The notes under the pieces were generated by a model that saw only the letters and a program-made list of their open reading frames with translations, did not search any database and was not told the DNA's origin. The position numbers and the translations under genes were made by a program. A DNA stretch of 64,000 nt from Alphaproteobacteria bacterium (GTDB lineage Bacteria > Pseudomonadota > Alphaproteobacteria > RF32 > CAG-239): the NCBI GenBank assembly GCA_047975765.1, contig JBKEEF010000012.1, positions 84,824-148,823 of the forward strand, read 5' to 3'. Below, one piece after another: positions 58,313-64,000 of this stretch (position 1 is the first letter of the stretch; each line of letters starts with the position of its first letter).

Positions 58313-58341
58313 AAAAAGCCCCGATTTCTCGGGGCTTTTTG
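58313..58341. terminator. bidirectional terminator
   Basis: aaaaaaAGCCCCGAtttcTCGGGGCTttttt. Confidence 0.7.
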
Positions 58342-58944
58342 TTATTTCTTTGGAGCCACTTTTTTTGCAGCTGTCTTCTTTGGGGCTGCTTTTTTCTTTG
58401 TGACTTTTTTTGCTTTTGGCTCAGTGTAAGTTTTAGAAATTGTCAAAGCATTTTCCAAATCTTTTTCATTACAAAGACCAACAGCAACTGGATTTTTCGG
58501 ACGAAGATAATTCATATCTCTATATGTACCATTGCGAATTGTTTCGATTGTTGGTTTTGTTGTTCCAATCAATTTGCAAATTTGAGAGTCAATGATTTGT
58601 GGATAGTTCTTAACAACCCACAAAATTGCTGCAGGTTTGTCTGCTCTTTGTGAAGGAGAAAGAACTTTTTTAGATTTTGCATTTTTCGCTTTAACATTTC
58701 TTTCCAAAAGGGAAGCTTCCAAATTTGTTCTTGGGTCTGCTTCACATCTTTTGATTTCTTCCAAGCTCAATTGACCGTTCATCACTGGGCTAATACCAAC
58801 GATATTATAAGCAACGTCGCCATCAGCAATCGCTTGAATTTCAAGTTCATGAAGTTCGCAAAAAACGGCAATTTGTCTAAATGTCAAAGTTGTGTTTTCA
58901 ACCAACCAAACCGCTGTTGCTTTTGGCATCAATGGTGCTGTCAT
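58342..58944 (-). CDS. DUF1013-like conserved protein with Lys/Ala-rich histone-H1-like C-terminal tail
   Basis: 200 aa. N-terminal MPKATAVWLVENTTLTFRQIAVFCELHELEIQAIADG resembles the alphaproteobacterial DUF1013 family. C-terminal KKVTKKKAAPKKTAAKKVAPKK. Confidence 0.55.
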   Translation of the reverse strand: MTAPLMPKATAVWLVENTTLTFRQIAVFCELHELEIQAIADGDVAYNIVGISPVMNGQLSLEEIKRCEADPRTNLEASLLERNVKAKNAKSKKVLSPSQRADKPAAILWVVKNYPQIIDSQICKLIGTTKPTIETIRNGTYRDMNYLRPKNPVAVGLCNEKDLENALTISKTYTEPKAKKVTKKKAAPKKTAAKKVAPKK

Positions 58945-59077
58945 AATTTATTCCCCTTAAACTGAATTTTTAATTTTCATAAGAATAGTGAATATTCTTG
59001 GATTATACAAGAGTTTTTTTTAGTTATTTTAAGTTTTTGTTTTTAAGTGATAAACCCTCTTTTTAGGAGGTGTTTTT

Positions 59078-59281
59078 TTAATAATGTGGAGGTGGTGTTT
59101 CCTCACTTTGAGGCTTCAATTCATTATCTGCAAGAACACTAGCAATATATTTCCCTTGCTTTACTAAAACATCAATTAGTTTTCCTTGTTTAATAATCAC
59201 CTGATTGAGATCTTCAATTGTTTTTTCACAATTCGCAAGAGACATCTCAATATTCATCAACCTTTCATCATTTTCAGTCAT
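59078..59281 (-). CDS. slyX: SlyX-family protein
   Basis: 67 aa coiled-coil ending in ETPPPHY, the SlyX C-terminal signature. Confidence 0.75.
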   Translation of the reverse strand: MTENDERLMNIEMSLANCEKTIEDLNQVIIKQGKLIDVLVKQGKYIASVLADNELKPQSEETPPPHY

Positions 59282-59387
59282 TTATTTATCCTCAAAATTT
59301 AACACCTGTATATAATTTACAAAACAATAGTTGACAGGTCAATAATTATTTTGTATTACTATAACATAAATTATGTGGAGAAAAAAG

Positions 59388-59861
59388 ATGACTGATTTTA
59401 GACAATATGGAATTTTGGAAGAAAAAGGCAGAGAATATGAAAATATTGCCTATGTTATGGCACTTATTTATAACATCTGCGAAAAGAGAATCTCCAAAAT
59501 TTTGACGAACCACAATCTTTCAACAGCACAATTTAATGTTCTTCTTATGGTCAATCTATATGCCGAAAAAGAAGGCATTAGTCAAGTGGAAATCAGCAAA
59601 CACTTAATTGTCACCCCTGGAGGAATTACGCGTTTGATTGACAAGCTGGCAAAAGAAAAAATGCTCGTTGTCAAACAAAACAAAAACAACAGAAGAGAAA
59701 ATTTGGTCAACATCACCCCTAAAGGTGTTGAACTCATTGACTTAGTCTGGCCTGAATATAACAAGGAAGTTGAAAGTCTCATCAACCTTGTTCCACAAGA
59801 AAAACAAAATGATCTTGCTGAGATTTTAGCAAACTGGTTCACAAAACTTCAAGAGGTATAA
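59388..59861 (+). CDS. MarR-family transcriptional regulator
   Basis: About 157 aa. Winged-helix region LSTAQFNVLLMV...ISKHLIVTPGGITRLIDKLAKEKMLV. 1 nt gap before the LplT-Aas gene. Confidence 0.75.
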   Translation: MTDFRQYGILEEKGREYENIAYVMALIYNICEKRISKILTNHNLSTAQFNVLLMVNLYAEKEGISQVEISKHLIVTPGGITRLIDKLAKEKMLVVKQNKNNRRENLVNITPKGVELIDLVWPEYNKEVESLINLVPQEKQNDLAEILANWFTKLQEV

Positions 59862-59862
59862 A

Positions 59863-62800
59863 ATGGGTAAAATTTTATCAATTCTAAAACAAAGAGCCTT
59901 CATTTCCGTTTTCATTACGCAATTTTTAGGCGCTTTCAACGACAACTTATTCCGTGCTGCAATGTCTGGTTTTGTGACATATAAAATCACAACAATCGCA
60001 GAAGGTGATAAACAAATCATTGTCACAATGGCAGTTGGTTTATTCATGCTCCCTTTCTTCCTTTTCTCAGCAATTGCAGGAGAAATGGCTGATAAATTTC
60101 GCAAAGATGTTATCTTCAAAATCACAAAATTTTTAGAAGTTGTCATTGCTGCTTGTTCCATTACAGGTTTTTATTTCCATAACCCATATATTTTGCTTAT
60201 TTCTTTGACTCTTATGGGAACACAGGCTGCTTTTTTTGGCCCTGCAAAATATAGTATTCTTCCAGATATTTTGAAGAAAGATGAACTCATTGCAGGTAAT
60301 GGACTTTTTGAAGCTGGTACTTATTTAGCAATTCTCCAAGGAATTATTATCGGTGGCTTGATTATGTCTGGTGAAAGCTCTGGACTCCTAGCAACTGCAA
60401 TTTGGATTATGTCTGTTGCACTTATAGGGTTCATTGCCAGTCTTTTCATTCCAAAAGTTGAAGCTGTTGATCCAACTTCCAAAGTGCAACTCAATTTTTT
60501 GAAATCCACTTGGGAAAATATGAAGTTTGCAACAATTAAGAGAGATATTTTTCTTTGTATCTTAGGAATTTCATGGTTTTGGTTAATTGGCGCATCCCTC
60601 ATTTCTCAAATTCCGAGCTATGCTGACCAAGTTTTGAAAGCTGATGGCAATGTATATACTTGGTTGCTCACTTTGTTTTCATGTGGTGTTGGTGTGGGGG
60701 CGATTGTTTGCCAATCTTTACTCAAAGGTGAAATTACACCTAAATATGTTCCAATTAGTGCGGTTTTGATGACACTTTTCTTAGCTGACTTGGCACTTGC
60801 TAGTCTTCACATCAATCCAGACCACGCACAACAAACACTCATAGAATTCATTAGCTCCGTTAAAGGCATTAGAATTTCCATTGATTTATTTATGTTAGCG
60901 GCTTGTGGTGGCGTTTATATGGTTCCACTGAATGCATTACTCCAAACCCTTTCAAGTTCAAAAATTCGTTCACGAGTGATTGCTACAAACAACATCATCA
61001 ACTCTTTGTTTATGGTTGTTGGTTCCATTATGTGTGTTTTATTGCTCACATTGAAAGTTGGAATTGCGGGAATTTTTGTAGCAATGGCCGTTGCAAATGC
61101 TTTTGTTGCACTCTACATTTGTGGGCTTCTTCCTGCCCCAATTGCTAAAGCTGCTGCTAAGAAAATTGTTAATATTTTCTACAAAGTTGAAGTTAAAGGC
61201 ATTGAAAATTTGAAGAAAATTCGCGGCAGAACAGTTGTCATTTGTAACCACACTTCTTTCTTGGATGCTGTTTTGCTTTGGGTTCACCTCCCTGACAATG
61301 TATTCTTTGCAATTAACACCTATGTTGCTAAAGTTTGGTGGATTAAACCCCTTATCAACTTGTGCAAATATGTTACGCTTGATCCAACTAATCCAATGAG
61401 TGTAAAACATATTATTGAAGAGGTTAAGAAAGGCAAAAAAGTTGTTATTTTCCCTGAAGGTAGAATCACAACAACGGGAAGTCTGATGAAGGTTTATCCT
61501 GGACCTGCTGTGATTGCAGACAAAACTGGTGCAAATCTTTTGCCAATTTGTATTGAAGGTTCACAATATTCTATTTTTGCAAAGTTTTCTGATAAGTTCA
61601 AAAAACGTCCAAAGTGCAAAATCATAATGAATATTTTACCTCCTCAAAAACTTAATGTTGATGAAAAACTCAGTGGTAAAAAACGCAGAATTGAAGCGGC
61701 TAAAAAGCTCTATGATATGATGTGTGATATGAAATTTAAGACTTTTGACTACAACAAAACACTTTTCACAAGCTTGGTTGATGCATACAATTTGGTTGGT
61801 AAAGATAAACCTATTGTTGAAGATTCAAACAGAAAACCAATCACTTTCAAAAAACTTATTCAAACTATTTTTGTTCTTGGTGATGCTTTCAAAAAGCAAA
61901 CATCAAGAGGTGAATATGTTGGGGTTTTATTGCCAAACTCCGTAGCTGCTGTTTCGACTTTGTTTGGACTTCAGGTATATGGTCGTGTTCCGGCAATGCT
62001 CAACTTCTCCGCTGGTGTGAAAAGTTTAATTACTTGTTGCAAAACAGCAAATGTCAAAACGGTTTACACTTCAAAAATTTTTATCAAAAAAGCTAAACTT
62101 TCTGAAACAGTTGAACAGATTGAGGCTGAAGGAATTAAAGTTATAAATCTTGAAGACTTAGCAAGAGATATCTCACTTCGTGATAAAATTTCTGGAGCTA
62201 TCAAGGCACTTAATCCACTCAAGCATATGTCCAAGGTTGACCCTAGTGAACCAGCAGCTGTTTTATTCACTTCAGGATCTGAAGGGACGCCAAAAGGTGT
62301 TGTTCTGAGTCATATTAACTTGAATGCAAACAGATGCCAACTTGTTGCGGTGATGCCAATTGGGGTTTTAGATAGTGTCTTTAATGCAATGCCAATGTTC
62401 CACTCTTTTGGTTTAACTGCTGGTGTCTTGGTTCCGCTCCTCAGTGGTTTGAAGGTGTTCCTCTACCCAACTCCTCTACACTACCGCATTGTCCCTGAGC
62501 TTGTTTATGATACAGACTCAACAATCATGTTTGGTACGGATACTTTCTTGACAGGATATGCAAAAGTGGCTCACCCATACGACTTTCACTCTATTCGTTT
62601 TGCTGTTGCTGGTGCAGAAAAAGTGAAAGATGAAACTTTCAAAACTTGGTATGACACTTTTGGTGTGAGAATCTTTGAAGGTTATGGTGCGACTGAAACA
62701 TCTCCTGTGATTTCTGTGAATACACCAATGAATTTCAGAAGAGGAACTGTAGGAAGACTTCTGCCAAGCATTACTTCTAAACTTGAAAATGTTCCCGGTG

Positions 62801-63258
62801 TTGAAACTGGTAAAAGACTTTCTGTTAAAGGTCCAAATGTAATGTTAGGATATCTTCTTGCAGACAAACCAGGTATTTTACAACCAACAAAAGATGTTTG
62901 GTATGACACAGGTGATATTGTTGATATCAATGACGGCTTTATCTCTATTGTTGGACGTGCAAAACGTTTTGCTAAAGTTGGTGGAGAAATGGTCAGTCTT
63001 TCTGCTGTGGAAACAGAAATCAGCAAAATTTGGAAAGACTTCGCACACGCTGTTATCTCTGTTCCTGATGAAAAGAAAGGCGAACAACTGATTTTGTTTA
63101 CAACAAATAAAGATGCTAAAAGACAAGATATTGTTGCCTTTTTCAAAGAACACGGTGTGAGTGAAATTTCAATTCCTAAGACGATTAATGTTTTGGATAG
63201 TATTCCACTCATGGCAACAGGAAAAACTGACTACGTCAAGCTTTCTGAAATGGTATAA
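59863..63258 (+). CDS. tri-domain fusion: MFS lysophospholipid transporter (LplT) plus PlsC-type acyltransferase plus acyl-ACP synthetase (Aas)
   Basis: 1131 aa. N-terminal roughly 420 aa with 12 TMs (MFS). HX4D acyltransferase motif VICNHTSFLDAV with FPEGR. AMP-binding motif LFTSGSEGTPKGVVLSH. Paralogous to the standalone aas at 10262..12439. Confidence 0.85.
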   Translation: MGKILSILKQRAFISVFITQFLGAFNDNLFRAAMSGFVTYKITTIAEGDKQIIVTMAVGLFMLPFFLFSAIAGEMADKFRKDVIFKITKFLEVVIAACSITGFYFHNPYILLISLTLMGTQAAFFGPAKYSILPDILKKDELIAGNGLFEAGTYLAILQGIIIGGLIMSGESSGLLATAIWIMSVALIGFIASLFIPKVEAVDPTSKVQLNFLKSTWENMKFATIKRDIFLCILGISWFWLIGASLISQIPSYADQVLKADGNVYTWLLTLFSCGVGVGAIVCQSLLKGEITPKYVPISAVLMTLFLADLALASLHINPDHAQQTLIEFISSVKGIRISIDLFMLAACGGVYMVPLNALLQTLSSSKIRSRVIATNNIINSLFMVVGSIMCVLLLTLKVGIAGIFVAMAVANAFVALYICGLLPAPIAKAAAKKIVNIFYKVEVKGIENLKKIRGRTVVICNHTSFLDAVLLWVHLPDNVFFAINTYVAKVWWIKPLINLCKYVTLDPTNPMSVKHIIEEVKKGKKVVIFPEGRITTTGSLMKVYPGPAVIADKTGANLLPICIEGSQYSIFAKFSDKFKKRPKCKIIMNILPPQKLNVDEKLSGKKRRIEAAKKLYDMMCDMKFKTFDYNKTLFTSLVDAYNLVGKDKPIVEDSNRKPITFKKLIQTIFVLGDAFKKQTSRGEYVGVLLPNSVAAVSTLFGLQVYGRVPAMLNFSAGVKSLITCCKTANVKTVYTSKIFIKKAKLSETVEQIEAEGIKVINLEDLARDISLRDKISGAIKALNPLKHMSKVDPSEPAAVLFTSGSEGTPKGVVLSHINLNANRCQLVAVMPIGVLDSVFNAMPMFHSFGLTAGVLVPLLSGLKVFLYPTPLHYRIVPELVYDTDSTIMFGTDTFLTGYAKVAHPYDFHSIRFAVAGAEKVKDETFKTWYDTFGVRIFEGYGATETSPVISVNTPMNFRRGTVGRLLPSITSKLENVPGVETGKRLSVKGPNVMLGYLLADKPGILQPTKDVWYDTGDIVDINDGFISIVGRAKRFAKVGGEMVSLSAVETEISKIWKDFAHAVISVPDEKKGEQLILFTTNKDAKRQDIVAFFKEHGVSEISIPKTINVLDSIPLMATGKTDYVKLSEMV

Positions 63259-63264
63259 GTTGCT

Positions 63265-63297
63265 AAAAAAAGAGCCTCAAACTGGGGCTCTTTTTTT
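63265..63297. terminator. bidirectional terminator
   Basis: aaaaaAGAGCCTCaaactGGGGCTCTttttttt. Confidence 0.7.
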
Positions 63298-63355
63298 ATT
63301 TTATATTTAAAGATATTCATCAAAATCTATCTTCTTGGGAATCGAACGACTTTTT

Positions 63356-63973
63356 TTAGTTTGACTTCTCTTTTTCTTTTGCACCTTTTTTTGATTTTTC
63401 CGGTTTCAAATCTTTACGAAGAATTTTCTCAACCATAAGGGCATATTTCAATTTTTCTGAATTTCGTCTTTTTTCTTTAACTTCAACTTCTGAAAAAGTT
63501 CTTTGTTGAAGAACATCTTTCATCAAGAGAAGCATTTCCAAAAAGTTTCCCACATCACTATGTGAGAAAACCACAGTCTCAGATTTTTTTGAATTTGTTG
63601 AGCGAGACTTTGCTGCATAGCTTTCTCCTCTTTCACTAAGGAGAATATAATTTGAAATTCGTTTAGTGACTTCATCCTCAAGAATCTGAAACCAATATTC
63701 AATGCTATTCACATCTTGAGTGGAAACTCCAGCAGCTGTCAAAGCCTGAAGAATTTTGATGATATCTTGATGAGAAAATTCCGAAACTTTGTCTTCTGCC
63801 AAACGCAAAAACTCAACCGCATATTTTCTACGACTAAGATTATAAATTCTTTCTGACTCTATTTTTGTTTGGTAATTATTATATCCAAGACACAAAATTT
63901 CTCTTTCGGTTTTATTTTTATTGATAAAAGCGAAAAGAAGTTCTTCGTCCTGATTATAAAAAGAATCACTCAT
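63356..63973 (-). CDS. hypothetical protein (205 aa, Lys/Glu-rich C-terminus)
   Basis: ORF only. No recognisable domain. Confidence 0.4.
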   Translation of the reverse strand: MSDSFYNQDEELLFAFINKNKTEREILCLGYNNYQTKIESERIYNLSRRKYAVEFLRLAEDKVSEFSHQDIIKILQALTAAGVSTQDVNSIEYWFQILEDEVTKRISNYILLSERGESYAAKSRSTNSKKSETVVFSHSDVGNFLEMLLLMKDVLQQRTFSEVEVKEKRRNSEKLKYALMVEKILRKDLKPEKSKKGAKEKEKSN

Positions 63974-64000
63974 AATAAGTCACTACAACTTGTTGATATA

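Overview
This is a very AT-rich (roughly low-30s % GC by eye) chromosomal window from a proteobacterium, densely packed with housekeeping and envelope genes. Gene content and order (plsX-fabH followed by ihfA-MerR; a DUF1013-like protein; a fused LplT-Aas) suggest an AT-rich alphaproteobacterium (Rickettsiales/Holosporales-like), but this is inference only. There are no CRISPR arrays, transposases, integrases or prophage signatures.

Recognisable content, in order:
- tRNA-Val(UAC) at the left edge.
- mfd and recG.
- A lysophospholipid/fatty-acid module: a standalone aas divergent from fadL.
- anmK, bamE, and a yceD-like gene upstream of rpmF-plsX-fabH, then ihfA and a MerR regulator.
- A SulP anion transporter.
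- ygiW(BOF)-qseB-qseC-dps.
- MFS, MscS-family, SMR and Fe-ADH genes, and cca.
- A metallophosphoesterase plus HAD pair.
- The conserved alpha-2-macroglobulin (intact CxEQ thioester motif) and pbpC pair.
- A yacG-rng-maf-dksA operon, and a type IV pilin-like gene.
- Tandem GNAT acetyltransferases, slyX, and a MarR regulator upstream of a three-domain LplT-acyltransferase-acyl-ACP-synthetase fusion (second aas paralog).

The most interesting signals:
1. A roughly 350 bp GC-rich, hairpin-dense island downstream of pbpC. It carries three minus-strand terminator-like hairpins and a repeated GGATGTYCG motif, and is a candidate structured ncRNA or REP/RPE-like repeat cluster.
2. Three ORF disruptions that a +/-1 change would repair, two of them at A8/A9 runs and one near a short aaa run. 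They affect the metallophosphoesterase start (a strong SD+ATG is one frame off), the HAD C-terminus, and a paralogous small OMP.
3. A 630 bp gene-poor region with a consensus-like sigma70 promoter, a Cys-rich micro-ORF and a perfect 10 bp hairpin.
4. An A13 tract inside a promoter spacer ahead of an uncharacterised membrane/coiled-coil gene cluster.
5. Atypical protein variants (detailed in findings): a Cys-less DksA and a C4 zinc-ribbon L32.

I could not identify a canonical defence, toxin or biosynthetic system from sequence alone.
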